A stretch of 64,000 nt of DNA from Candidatus Ozemobacteraceae bacterium (GCA_035388825.1 DAOOQQ010000008.1:14410-78409), one strand, 5' to 3'. Counted from the stretch's first letter, positions 38,051 to 48,158 are shown. The notes: generated from the sequence alone by a model not told the origin. Made by a program: numbers and translations.

Positions 38051-41000
38051 TTACCAAGTATAATAAGGCGTTCCCCGGAACAGGCCGTTCTGCCGGGTCG
38101 GCGTGACGACACCCCGTTCGGGGGTCCAGGGAGTTGCCTCCTGCGCCGGTGAAAGCCCGGGAAGGGTGACGGCTTTTTCCAGTTGGATTCCGTCGAACAT
38201 CACGGCCTCGCCCGTCTTCGTACTGAAAAGCCCGAGTTCCACGGTGAAGCTTCCCAGAAGCGCGCTCGAGGTCGAGGTGAAGGCGAACGAGTACCGCTGC
38301 CAGCGGTTGATGGAGATATTGATTTCTTCGGCTCGGATCCCGTTGGTGCCATACTCGTGCGTCGTGGAGGCCGTGCCGCACCATTCGGTGACCCGCAGGA
38401 GGACCCGTGAGGTCGAAGCGGGATTGGGATCGACATGGAGGGGAGCCGTGGCGAGAAGATAGCTGCTGAAGACATACGCCGTGCTCGTCGCGATTTTGTC
38501 CGGCCCCGTGATGGTCTGATACACGACTTCGGGGATGCCGGCCGGTCCCGTGACCTGAACCGGGATCTGAACGGTGGGACTGGCTTCGTTCTGGAAGAGG
38601 GCATCCCGGATCGTCATGGTTCCGACGTGGAAGCCGATCGGCGTGGCGGGGTCGATCGTGAGACTGCATGTGCCGTTGACCGTTCCGCCGATTGCCAGGG
38701 TGGGCATGCCGAACAGGACATTTGCTGCGGAAAAGGGAATGATGCCCGGGCCGACGAGATTGGTACCGACGGCGTCGAGGGCGATGGGGTATGGGCCGGT
38801 GTTCGTCAGGGTGAACCCGAAGCTCACGGTGCTTCCCTGGGCTGCGGAAATCGGGGTGAAGACGGATGGCGTGATCGTGAATTTCGTCGGGGGGACTTCC
38901 ACATACACCATCAAAGGGGCGGTTGCGGCCGGGTGATCGAGGTCGATCACCGTCTGTGTCGCCGTATAATACCGGCCGGCGGGCTGCATGGACGGGATGG
39001 TGACGGACAGCGATGCATCGACCGTTTCCATCACCTGGATGTTGACGGAGGGAGGCGTCATCCTCAGGTTCGAGGCCGGAATCGTGAATGCCCCGAGGAT
39101 TGGGGCTGCCGTGACCATCTGCACGTTCGTCAGGGGATTGTCACAGATGCTGGTGATGTGGAAACTCCTCGTGGCCGTCGTGTTGCGGGGCGCAACGATG
39201 ATCAGGGGATTGGGGGCCGTGACCATTTCGTAGGACAGGGCGCCGCCGGAAGTGACGATCAGGGTGAGAACGAACGAGTCCTGGGGTTCGAGCGGTTCGC
39301 GGACGCCGTTGCCGTTCAGATCCTCGTAGACCCACTGTTCTCCCGAAAACGTTCCGGAGAGGGTCGTCGGCGTCGTGTGAATACTTACCGATATATCACG
39401 CGTGACGCCCGGATTCAGGGCGGGTGGGGCGACCTGGTTGGGCAGGAAGCGGATGTCGGGCGTCCCGATGGCACCAACCGGCTGCTTGTCGATCTTCAGG
39501 TTCGACAGGAAGACGGTGCCTGTATTGCGGACCGTGAATGTCTGGGTTGCCGTGTCGTTGCCCTTGGCGATGTTGCCGAAATTGATGGTGGTGGCAAGGA
39601 CGTCGACGGATTTCGCGCCCACGGAGATCTTGACAGGGAGCTTCCAGAAAGATTCTCCCGCATCGAGGCCCGGGGTTCCGCCCGTTTCTTCCCAGAACGT
39701 GACCTCTCCGGAATAGTTTCCGGTCGGGGTGGTCGTCAGCGTGGTGACGGTGAAGGTGGCGACCTGGGAGGAAGGACCGGTCCAGGGAAGGGCCCAGGGA
39801 GAGGGCGGGACCTGGAGGCTGAGCTGCCCCGTGGGAATCGAGTTTCCGCCATCTTTCAGGGGGGAGAGGAGGTATTTCAGGTTGTTGATCTGCTTGTTTC
39901 CGACATTGAATGCCGTGAAGGTCTTCGCAATGGTTTCGCCCTTGTTGATGCCCCCCAGATCGAGAGGAGAGGCTTCGAACCGCAGCGCCAGCTTTTCCTT
40001 TACGAGGAGGTGAAGGGTGATGGTGTCGTATTTCTCGGGGGACGTGTAGGTCTCATCGGGAAGATCGTCCTGAAATACGCGCAACGGGCCAGAATACAAG
40101 CCCGGCCCCTGGTTTTCGGGAATGGCGACCTGGATGGAGGGAGCCCACGTGACTCCTGCCGTGAGCAGGCCGATCGGATCGGGATACGAGTAGATCTGGA
40201 AGAACGGCGTGAGTGCCGGATACGGGGCTTGGATGAGATTCGGCTTTTCGTAGAGGAGCCGGGTCAGGGTGCGCTCGCCGATATTTTTCACGCTGAAGAT
40301 GACGGGAGGGGTTTTCTCGCCGGGGGCCGCTGAGCCGAGATCCAGCGGGGACGAGTCGAGGATGTCCACCCCATCCACGCCGACCTCGAGGTACCCCGTG
40401 ACCGTGTCGGATGCTTCCCCGGCGTCGATGACGGTGTCGTTGTCCAGGTCGTTCCAGAGTGTCCAGCTGCCCCAGTAGGTGCCGGGTGTGGCGGCGAGCG
40501 GAATTGGATTGATCGAAAGGGTTGCGACGGTGGCCGGTGGGGTGAGATCCCAGCCGTTTCCGCCGTTTCCCGGATTGAATGCCGGTTGTGTCCCGGGGGG
40601 GGATACGGCGAATGTCGTCACCCCGTTGCTCAGTGGGCTGAGACACTTCCATTTCAAGTTTTGGCAGTCGAGATTGCCGATGTTGACGACATGTACCCCG
40701 ATCTCGACGGTTTCGTTCGGCACACCTGCGCCGAAATTGGCGATCTCCTCGACGATGGCGAAGTTGCGTGAATCGAGAATGTTCGTCGATATCGTGATCG
40801 TATCCCTGGCTTCTCCTGCATCCAGGAGGCCGTTTCCGTTTCGGTCGTTGAAGATCGTCTGGACTCCCGAATACGCTGGCCCGGGGTTGCGGTCCTGATC
40901 GAACGGGATGTCGACGTAGAAGACGAAGGTGGTGAACAGGCCCGTTCCCACCGTGGGGAGCGGTGCCGGTGCGATCGTGACGTTCGTTGCATCGATCGTC

Positions 41001-44000
41001 CGGCCGCTGACGGTGAGGGAGGACGAAACGAACTGGAGGCGTTCCAGCGGAAGCCCGCCGGTGTTCGATAACCGCAATGCCGGAGAAAAGGTGACTTGGC
41101 CGGGGGATACATTGGGAAGCGTGACGGTCGCCGAAACGATATCCAGGGACTCGTTCGGACCCACGATGAGCGAAAGGCTGACGGCGGAAGAAGCCTCGCC
41201 GGGATCGGCAAGCGTGTCGACATCCTTGTCGTTGAGAAACGTGCCCGTTCCAACATAGGTTCCCGGGGTCTGCGCGTTGGGGATCTGCACCGAAAAGTTC
41301 ACCCAGCGGGCATCTCCGGGACTCATCAGGCCGAAAATGACGGGCTGAAGGCTTGCCGAAGAACTCGGGATCGTGTTTCCCAGATACTTCAGATCCGAGA
41401 TGACGAAGCGGACCTTGATCTGATCCATGTTCCCGATGTTCGTCACCATGAGGGATGCCGTGGCGGTGCGGTCGTTGGCGAGCCAGCTTCCCAGGAAAAG
41501 AGAGGTGTGGTTTGCCCGCAGCAGTTCCGTCGGGGGAACGACGACGCGCATCAGAAACTGCGCGATGGCATCTCCGATCGATGCCCCGTCTTGGTTGGTG
41601 TCCTCGAAAACGAATTGGTAGGCGGTATAGGTGCCCGGCTCCTGCATCGGTGGAATCGTGACGCGCAGCCCCCCCGTCGTGGAGTCGCCGACGGCGAGGG
41701 CGCCGATCATATCCGGTGTTCCGACGCTGCCGTCGGGCGGGATGAAGTAGGGATCCGAGGCAAGATTGTGAAACTCCCACTTCAGATGCTCGAGATCGAG
41801 ATTTCCGGTGTTCGTGATGGTTACGGAACGACTCGGACTGGTTTGCCCGGGACCCACCGTTCCCATGTCGACCAACCCGGGAGTGACCTGGAGCGCCTTC
41901 TGGGAGATGCTGACCCCCGTCGAACGGGTATCCGGCACATGACAGTCCTGGCCGTCGAGAAGGGAGACGCCCGAAGCGAGAACCCCGTTTTCGACCGGCC
42001 CGTGGAGATAGAAGCGTGTGCCGGCACTTGTCATCTGAGTCGGTGTGTAAAGCGCCGTGAATGAAACCGTTTCCCCGCAGGAAAGGGTGTTCGAGGCTGG
42101 CTGGGGATTCTGGATGCAGACGCCGTTTCCCGTACAGTCGCCTCCGGGGGCTTTTTCCCAGATGTGCGGAATGATGCGGAGGCGCTCGTGGTTTTCGGAC
42201 TGCCCCGTGAGATACACGTCGTCGAGCAGGAGGTGATCCATTCCCCCGGCATCCGCCTGGAGTCGGAAACGGATCCGGACATTCGAATTGCCCAACAGAT
42301 CTTCGGGAAGAGCGATGAGCAGGTCTTTCCAGATGCCTATTCCCAGCTGGGCCGTCTCCGTGAACAGACTCGTCCAGGTGACGCCGTCGGGGGAGGTCTC
42401 CACGACGAAAACCGGGGCACCTGCGAAGACCGTGGAATACCTCGCGTGGAGGGAAACGCCGGTCATGTCGCGGAGATTGACCACCCGCGTGAGGGTTTCG
42501 GCTCCGGCAGCATTGTAGGAGAGATGGACGAACTGGCTGGGGGGATTCGCCGCGTAGGCTGCCGCCGTGTCGAGGATTTCGGTGCCCGGTCCTGCCGTCG
42601 TCCAGGCGGACGAGAAGATGCCGGCTTCGAACAGGTCGCCGAACACCGAGGAGGTGACGGACAAGGCGGCGGTCATGGGGGTTCCGAGACTGCTCGTTGC
42701 CGGCGAAAGCTCGAAGGAGGGCATCGGAAAAGGTTTTTCCAAGATTCGGGCCGACCCCGTCGCAAGGTGGGTGGCCCCGTTCCTGACCTGAATCGTGCCG
42801 AGGCCATACCGGAACGCCGCCGTCGGTGTATAGGTCTGGGTGAGGCTCCCGCCGGCGTTGGTCGAGACCGGCAAGGAGGCGATGGGGGCCGCGTCGGGGG
42901 GGAACGCATCATACCAGCACAAGGAAAGCGTTTGGAGAGAGGGGAAGCCTGTTCCCAAGACCGTGATCGGCTGGCCCCGTGCGAATCGGCTACAGGGAAT
43001 CGTGGCCGCACCATCGGAAAACGTCTGCAGAGACGAGGTCGACACCGTCCACTGGTCGTTCAGCGTGGCTCCGACGATACTCTGGACGCCGGTCGCGACG
43101 ACGCTCGTCGCCGTTGCGGCGGCATCGATCGTCGTCAGCCCGGCTGCGGCGGCAACCGAAACGTCCACGCTCAGGGTTGCGATCAAGGTCGTGACCGGAA
43201 TCGTTTCTTCCCCCAAGCCGATCGCGTTCGGCGCATTCATGAACAGCCGGATGTCGTCGAAACACAGGCGATTGTTGTTGGTCGACCAACCGTACCAGAA
43301 GTTGGCCTCGAACTGGATCTGCCATCCGGGGCCGGTCTGATACCCCGACAAATCGTAGGTTTCCTCGTGCCAAAGGTCATCGTTGGGGCCGTTGGCCGGG
43401 TAAAAAATCAACTCGTTCCAGGCGGCTCCGTCATACAGTTTGACTCGCCCCCAGTCATAATTCGTTCCCGCGGTCGTTCCCGTGCAGCCATTGTCGAAAT
43501 ATCGATGATAGGTGAGTTGAAGGTGGTGATATCCGCTCGTGTCGATCGACCGGGCGGCTTGGGCGAACTTGTTCAGGTTGAAGGTGTTCCCGAAGTCCAG
43601 ACCGCGGAAACAGAGAGACTGTGCTGCGAGAAGCGGCGACGAATCCGGACCGAGTTGAAGGGGAGAGGTATCGTTATTGTTTCTGGAGATATAAATGCCA
43701 TTGACGCCGGCATCGTTCGTCGCCCAGCCGGGGAAATTGGGTTGACTGATGTCTGCGAGCAGGGAGAAGCCGTTTCCGTAGACCGAGCCTTCCCAATCCT
43801 CCCAGAAAATGTAGCAATTCTTCCGGTTCGCGGCGAGATCGGCACTCGTAGCGGCGGTGTTCCCATAGTAGACGTAATATCCTTCGTCGCGGCCATACGG
43901 CAAAATCTCGTTCCGGATCTTGAAGATAGATTTATTCGAGCTGATATAATGCCGATCGAGTTGCACCCAGCCCGTTCCTTCGATCCACTGCATCAAGCGC

Positions 44001-46777
44001 CAATCGTCGAGATCGCCTTGCAGTTTCCCGGCGGCGATCAGATCGTTCGTCTTGATGGTGATCTGGGACGACGAGTTGGGGGGATACCGCTGGTCATCGG
44101 CCGTGATGCGGAGACGCTGCCGATACTTGTAGGCGGTGTTCCACCAGGGGGGGGAACCGGTGCCCGACAGATGCGCGGGAATGGTTGGGGAGACGATGAC
44201 GGCCGTGTAGTCGGGAGATCGGTCGGTCGCTCCCTGCCTGGCCGTGAAGCTCAGAGAGGCGATGTTCAGGTCCGCCGATCCGGTGTTCGAAAGAGTCACC
44301 GATACCGGCACGCCGGTCTGGCCTCGGGTGACGGTCGTCTCATCCGCCGCGACTTGGCTGATCGACATCTGTTCCGTGAGTATCCGGCAGATGTTCGAGC
44401 CTCCCGAGGCGGATTCGACCTGAAGGGAGCTGCCCTCGACGGTTCCGAGGGCATTGCCCCGGAATGCCAGGTTGCCGGGGGCTCCAGCCGTCATCGTCCA
44501 GGTGAACTCGCCGGTTGCGCCGCCGGTGATCGTCAACGCCATGGGGGAGGGTCCCGTGAAGGCGGTGAAGCCGCCCCCGCCGTCGGCCGTCGGGGCGGTC
44601 GGGGTGACGCCGATCGCGGGAGTCTGACCGGTGTTCTTCACGCGCTCCGTCAACGTGATCTGCTGACCCTGGATGGCATACTCCGGCAGGATAAGCTCGC
44701 TCAGCAGTTGGGGCTTCGTGTTGAGATGGAAGCCGGTTTCCGCGTAGGAAACCGTGCCGGCGGCGTTCGTGACGATGAGACGCCATTGGCCGCTTCCATC
44801 CGTGGGCGACATCGTGCGTTGGTCGAACAGGACACCGGAGGACTGCGGCGTCACCGTCGTCGTCGTCACGAGATTTCCCGAGGGGTTGTACCAGGCGACC
44901 CGGTAGTACACGCCGGCGGTGTACCCCGAACCTCTGACATACACCGTTTCACCCGCGTTGAAAGCGGTCTTGGGCATCATGTAGAAGGGGTTTCCATAGG
45001 CTGTGATATCTTGTCCGGCGATCTCCCAGACGAGGGGAACGGCGGCCGAGTCATCGCTGATCGGCTGGCCGCTGTTGATCTCGACGCCCTCGGCCAGCCC
45101 GTCGATCTGATCCGGTCCCGAAACGGCTGCGGGAGAGACCGAAATGTCGAAGAACGCCTTGATCGTCGGTGCCAGGGGAACCTGCTCCTCGATGCCGAGG
45201 AGGGGATTGTCCGGCTCATGGTCGGCGATCTGGCGGATGCGGATATCGTCGAGACCCCAACCGTATCCAAACACCAGTTGGTCCACCCGAAGACAATACT
45301 CGAGATAGATTCGTTCGCCGACCAGGGCGGAAAGCCCATAGCTTTGGGGCTGCCACGTGTAATGTTCGTTCAGATATTGATCTTCGAAGCGGAGAAGCGC
45401 GGTTGCCGGCGCTGGTGCGATTCCTGCCGCCGCTACGGGAGCGCGATAGGCGCGGAGGGTGCCGTAATCGTAGGGAGCTCCCGGGTCTTCGATGTCGAAA
45501 ACATCGTAGAACGTGAGGGTGGGATTCAGTTTGCCGGCCAGATCGATGGAGGGTGAGCGAAGCCACATCACTTCGGCAGCAGGTACTTGTCCCGTATACT
45601 GGGTCGTGAGGCCGGTGGCGGCGATTCTCGTGCCGCTGTAGGCGGACAAGGGGGTGATCTGGCCCGCCGGGCCGGGAATGCCGATGGCCCATGCCGTCGT
45701 ATAGGCGGCGATTTTGCCGATGGTCCAGTTGAGAGGGGCCGGTCGGTTGCCGCTTTCGAAGTCGTCGTCGAAGATGAAGACGGCGTTGGGATCATCAGGT
45801 GGGTTCATCGCATCAGCCATGCCGGCTCCATAGTAGATGGCATATTTTTTGTCCGCCGCGGGAGCGGGTGCGAGGGGCGTTTGGAGCCGGAACCAGATCG
45901 TCGTCTGGGGAGATTGCCAGGAGCTTTGCCGCGTATCGAGATAGCGGGGGATTTCGTAGAAGTTCACCCCGTCGTCGTAGATGATGCGGATGTCATCGCC
46001 GGAGGGAAGGGATTTTCCGGCATCGACGAGAGCGGCATGATCGAACGTGAGGCGTATCTCGTAGGTGGCCGGAAGCGTCAGTTGCGATTGGTTGGTGATC
46101 GACATCATTCTTCGAAACGGCCATTTTTTGTTCCACCAAGAGCTGCGGGTGAAATTTTGCGGCAGCTGCGGGGATTTGAGCACCCAATCGAGATAGTTCG
46201 TCGGTGTATCGGGAACGAGGTCGACGGCATTCAGCCAGGCACTGGCCTCACCCGAACGGCTGACATCCATGATCGCCTGATTGCCGATGCTGCCCCGGGA
46301 GATGGTCGAGGGGCCGATGATCGAAGTGATGACCAGTTCCGAAGGCTGCTGGACCGTCCAGGTATGGATGACGTCGGCCGATGGGTCGCTGCCGCCCGAC
46401 GTCGTGACCGTGCCATCGACCGTACAGACCCCAGAGGTGGAAAGCGGATTGACGGACACGGTGAAAACACAGGCGAGATGCGAGCCTGCTCCGATGCTTG
46501 TCGGAAGGGCTGGGCTGTTGTGGGCCACTTCGTAGCTGCCGAGCGTGAAGGTGAGGTTGGCCGCCGTGAGGGTCACGGCGGATGCCGTATCCAGATTTTC
46601 GACATCCATCGTGACCTGGATTCCCGTTTGCCCCTTGGACACGGTTGCTCTGGAACAGGTGATGCTATTGATGCGCACGGCTCCATTGGCGGGAAGGGGT
46701 GCGCAAAGGAGCAGAACCAGGAGGGCGAGAAGAAAAACGGGAATGCTTCGTGGACGAGGATCATGATGACGGTTCAT
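38051..46777 (-). CDS. giant (2,908 aa) exported repetitive surface protein: CARDB/Ig-like repeat arrays, two DUF2341-like modules, LamG/CBM-like C-terminal domain
   Basis: Start at MNRHHDPRPRSIPVFLLALLVLLLCAPLPANGA (signal peptide), overlapping the upstream gene's stop (ATGA at 46774-46777). The track ORF begins 330 nt further upstream, inside the neighbouring gene. Repeats of type VSKGQTGIQVTMDVENL...LTFTLGSYEV. DUF2341-like KKYAIYYGAGMADAMNPPDDPNAVFIFDDDFESG and EGYYVYYGNTAATSADL...CYIFWEDWEG. C-terminus ...AVMFDGIQLEKA...GTPYYTW, paralogous to the 30712-37317 gene. Confidence 0.85.
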   Translation of the reverse strand: MNRHHDPRPRSIPVFLLALLVLLLCAPLPANGAVRINSITCSRATVSKGQTGIQVTMDVENLDTASAVTLTAANLTFTLGSYEVAHNSPALPTSIGAGSHLACVFTVSVNPLSTSGVCTVDGTVTTSGGSDPSADVIHTWTVQQPSELVITSIIGPSTISRGSIGNQAIMDVSRSGEASAWLNAVDLVPDTPTNYLDWVLKSPQLPQNFTRSSWWNKKWPFRRMMSITNQSQLTLPATYEIRLTFDHAALVDAGKSLPSGDDIRIIYDDGVNFYEIPRYLDTRQSSWQSPQTTIWFRLQTPLAPAPAADKKYAIYYGAGMADAMNPPDDPNAVFIFDDDFESGNRPAPLNWTIGKIAAYTTAWAIGIPGPAGQITPLSAYSGTRIAATGLTTQYTGQVPAAEVMWLRSPSIDLAGKLNPTLTFYDVFDIEDPGAPYDYGTLRAYRAPVAAAGIAPAPATALLRFEDQYLNEHYTWQPQSYGLSALVGERIYLEYCLRVDQLVFGYGWGLDDIRIRQIADHEPDNPLLGIEEQVPLAPTIKAFFDISVSPAAVSGPDQIDGLAEGVEINSGQPISDDSAAVPLVWEIAGQDITAYGNPFYMMPKTAFNAGETVYVRGSGYTAGVYYRVAWYNPSGNLVTTTTVTPQSSGVLFDQRTMSPTDGSGQWRLIVTNAAGTVSYAETGFHLNTKPQLLSELILPEYAIQGQQITLTERVKNTGQTPAIGVTPTAPTADGGGGFTAFTGPSPMALTITGGATGEFTWTMTAGAPGNLAFRGNALGTVEGSSLQVESASGGSNICRILTEQMSISQVAADETTVTRGQTGVPVSVTLSNTGSADLNIASLSFTARQGATDRSPDYTAVIVSPTIPAHLSGTGSPPWWNTAYKYRQRLRITADDQRYPPNSSSQITIKTNDLIAAGKLQGDLDDWRLMQWIEGTGWVQLDRHYISSNKSIFKIRNEILPYGRDEGYYVYYGNTAATSADLAANRKNCYIFWEDWEGSVYGNGFSLLADISQPNFPGWATNDAGVNGIYISRNNNDTSPLQLGPDSSPLLAAQSLCFRGLDFGNTFNLNKFAQAARSIDTSGYHHLQLTYHRYFDNGCTGTTAGTNYDWGRVKLYDGAAWNELIFYPANGPNDDLWHEETYDLSGYQTGPGWQIQFEANFWYGWSTNNNRLCFDDIRLFMNAPNAIGLGEETIPVTTLIATLSVDVSVAAAAGLTTIDAAATATSVVATGVQSIVGATLNDQWTVSTSSLQTFSDGAATIPCSRFARGQPITVLGTGFPSLQTLSLCWYDAFPPDAAPIASLPVSTNAGGSLTQTYTPTAAFRYGLGTIQVRNGATHLATGSARILEKPFPMPSFELSPATSSLGTPMTAALSVTSSVFGDLFEAGIFSSAWTTAGPGTEILDTAAAYAANPPSQFVHLSYNAAGAETLTRVVNLRDMTGVSLHARYSTVFAGAPVFVVETSPDGVTWTSLFTETAQLGIGIWKDLLIALPEDLLGNSNVRIRFRLQADAGGMDHLLLDDVYLTGQSENHERLRIIPHIWEKAPGGDCTGNGVCIQNPQPASNTLSCGETVSFTALYTPTQMTSAGTRFYLHGPVENGVLASGVSLLDGQDCHVPDTRSTGVSISQKALQVTPGLVDMGTVGPGQTSPSRSVTITNTGNLDLEHLKWEFHNLASDPYFIPPDGSVGTPDMIGALAVGDSTTGGLRVTIPPMQEPGTYTAYQFVFEDTNQDGASIGDAIAQFLMRVVVPPTELLRANHTSLFLGSWLANDRTATASLMVTNIGNMDQIKVRFVISDLKYLGNTIPSSSASLQPVIFGLMSPGDARWVNFSVQIPNAQTPGTYVGTGTFLNDKDVDTLADPGEASSAVSLSLIVGPNESLDIVSATVTLPNVSPGQVTFSPALRLSNTGGLPLERLQFVSSSLTVSGRTIDATNVTIAPAPLPTVGTGLFTTFVFYVDIPFDQDRNPGPAYSGVQTIFNDRNGNGLLDAGEARDTITISTNILDSRNFAIVEEIANFGAGVPNETVEIGVHVVNIGNLDCQNLKWKCLSPLSNGVTTFAVSPPGTQPAFNPGNGGNGWDLTPPATVATLSINPIPLAATPGTYWGSWTLWNDLDNDTVIDAGEASDTVTGYLEVGVDGVDILDSSPLDLGSAAPGEKTPPVIFSVKNIGERTLTRLLYEKPNLIQAPYPALTPFFQIYSYPDPIGLLTAGVTWAPSIQVAIPENQGPGLYSGPLRVFQDDLPDETYTSPEKYDTITLHLLVKEKLALRFEASPLDLGGINKGETIAKTFTAFNVGNKQINNLKYLLSPLKDGGNSIPTGQLSLQVPPSPWALPWTGPSSQVATFTVTTLTTTPTGNYSGEVTFWEETGGTPGLDAGESFWKLPVKISVGAKSVDVLATTINFGNIAKGNDTATQTFTVRNTGTVFLSNLKIDKQPVGAIGTPDIRFLPNQVAPPALNPGVTRDISVSIHTTPTTLSGTFSGEQWVYEDLNGNGVREPLEPQDSFVLTLIVTSGGALSYEMVTAPNPLIIVAPRNTTATRSFHITSICDNPLTNVQMVTAAPILGAFTIPASNLRMTPPSVNIQVMETVDASLSVTIPSMQPAGRYYTATQTVIDLDHPAATAPLMVYVEVPPTKFTITPSVFTPISAAQGSTVSFGFTLTNTGPYPIALDAVGTNLVGPGIIPFSAANVLFGMPTLAIGGTVNGTCSLTIDPATPIGFHVGTMTIRDALFQNEASPTVQIPVQVTGPAGIPEVVYQTITGPDKIATSTAYVFSSYLLATAPLHVDPNPASTSRVLLRVTEWCGTASTTHEYGTNGIRAEEINISINRWQRYSFAFTSTSSALLGSFTVELGLFSTKTGEAVMFDGIQLEKAVTLPGLSPAQEATPWTPERGVVTPTRQNGLFRGTPYYTW

Positions 46778-47406
46778 GGTACGACTCCTGCCGTGTGTCC
46801 AAGCCGGCGTGTCAGGCGCTGCCAGGTATCGAACGCGGATGTGTCCAACGGCTTTCGCTTCAGGTGGGTCCGGAGAAGGGACACGGCCGAGGCTGGCTCG
46901 TTCGATTGTTCGAAGAAGGTGATGAGGCGCATGGCATGACGATCGAAAAACATCGGATCGGCCGAGGCTGCATTCGTGAAAAGGTTCCAGACATCGGATG
47001 GCGAGCTGGCAGCCATCGCTGCCAGAATGTCCGATTCGGCAGCTCGGCGTGCCGTTGCGGTCGGGAGGGTGGAGAGGAGATAGGCGAACCTCGGATCGTC
47101 GGGGCATAACGCCCTGGCCCGCAGAAGCAGAGGCTCGGCCGTGCCGATGTTCCCTGCGTCGATCAGGTGTGCCGCTTCGATGAACAGGGCTTCGGCCATC
47201 TTCGCTTCATGGAGGTGGGGGGAAGAACGGGGAACGACGGTGGCAGATGGCGTGGATGGAGGTCGAGGTCGGATCTGGAATGGCGAGGGAAGCGGAGGGG
47301 GATTCGTCCGGAAGAGAGGAATGAGAAACTTGGCGAAGAGACAGCAGCCCAGGAGGAAGAGGAGCACCACGATGATCGTGTCCAGGATGCGGGCATATCG
47401 TTGCAT
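46774..47406 (-). CDS. membrane-anchored TPR-like protein, first-neighbour partner of giant protein gene
   Basis: Start MQRYARILDTIIVVLLFLLGCCLFAKFLI (TM helix) after AAGGA RBS. Pro-rich linker, then helical TPR-like region. Translationally coupled (ATGA) to the giant gene. The track ORF 46774..47691 starts further upstream. Confidence 0.55.
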   Translation of the reverse strand: MQRYARILDTIIVVLLFLLGCCLFAKFLIPLFRTNPPPLPSPFQIRPRPPSTPSATVVPRSSPHLHEAKMAEALFIEAAHLIDAGNIGTAEPLLLRARALCPDDPRFAYLLSTLPTATARRAAESDILAAMAASSPSDVWNLFTNAASADPMFFDRHAMRLITFFEQSNEPASAVSLLRTHLKRKPLDTSAFDTWQRLTRRLGHTAGVVP

Positions 47407-47441
47407 ATCCTTGGTCGGGTCAGAGGGATGCCCTGTCGAGT

Positions 47442-48035
47442 TCATTTGCTGACCAATAGCAGAGCATGTCCGCCCTGTCCGAAAATCGATCCGAAGCGGT
47501 TTGCCAGGTTGGGGGCGGCGTTGTCGCCCGTCGTTTTTCCATTCCATTGGTTGGACGTGACGAGAGCGATACCGCAGGTGAGGCCATCCGCCCGCCATCG
47601 TGTCTGTGACAGATCCTGGACTTCGAAGCTGCCACTCGCGACCAGATTTCGCGTCGGGTACCAGAAAATCATTCCGGGTTGGGAGCCCCATCGGAAGGCG
47701 GGAACGAGAGGATCGCTCTGGACCAGGGGGAGATAGCCGCTTGCAACGAGGGAGCTGAGATAGACGTCGAACGCCAACGTGCGGAGATCCTGGCGATGGT
47801 CGGGGATCGACCAGATCTGCTGGTAGAGAGACTGGAGATGAGGGCTGCCTGCGGCTGCGTCGAGCAGCATCGCCTGGCGCATGGCTTCGAGTCGCCCGGC
47901 CAGCTCGACTTCACGCTCGCGCTGTACGGTCGTGGCGTAGCTGGGAATCAACTGAATGGAAATGACCCCGGCGATCATGATCGATACCAGAAGCAGGAGC
48001 AGGACCGAGCCCGTGGTGATACGGCGAAGATGCAT
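47442..48035 (-). CDS. hypothetical single-pass membrane protein (first gene of 3-gene operon)
   Basis: MHLRRITTGSVLLLLLVSIMIAGVISIQLIP... A TM helix, then ~170 aa periplasmic region. 36 nt upstream of the TPR-like gene. AT-rich putative promoter region at 48060-48160. Confidence 0.45.
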   Translation of the reverse strand: MHLRRITTGSVLLLLLVSIMIAGVISIQLIPSYATTVQREREVELAGRLEAMRQAMLLDAAAGSPHLQSLYQQIWSIPDHRQDLRTLAFDVYLSSLVASGYLPLVQSDPLVPAFRWGSQPGMIFWYPTRNLVASGSFEVQDLSQTRWRADGLTCGIALVTSNQWNGKTTGDNAAPNLANRFGSIFGQGGHALLLVSK

Positions 48036-48158
48036 GCGATCCCTCTTCTCCGGCATCGGGACGGGGCGGGAGAGTCCACCGGCACGATGCCGTCATTCTG
48101 TCATGCAAAGTATAACATTTCCTCGAATGATATGAAAAGTATGTATTTTAATAATAAA

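Noticed and set aside
38435-45556. Long + strand ORFs (38435-40333, 42164-45556) opposite the 38051-46777 gene
   Set aside because: Same antisense high-GC artefact as above. The minus-strand frame carries the signal peptide, the repeats and the paralogy to the other giant protein.
47442-48035. Type IV pilin/pseudopilin identity for the small membrane protein
   Set aside because: The N-terminus has a TM helix but lacks the G|FTLIE prepilin cleavage and methylation motif.
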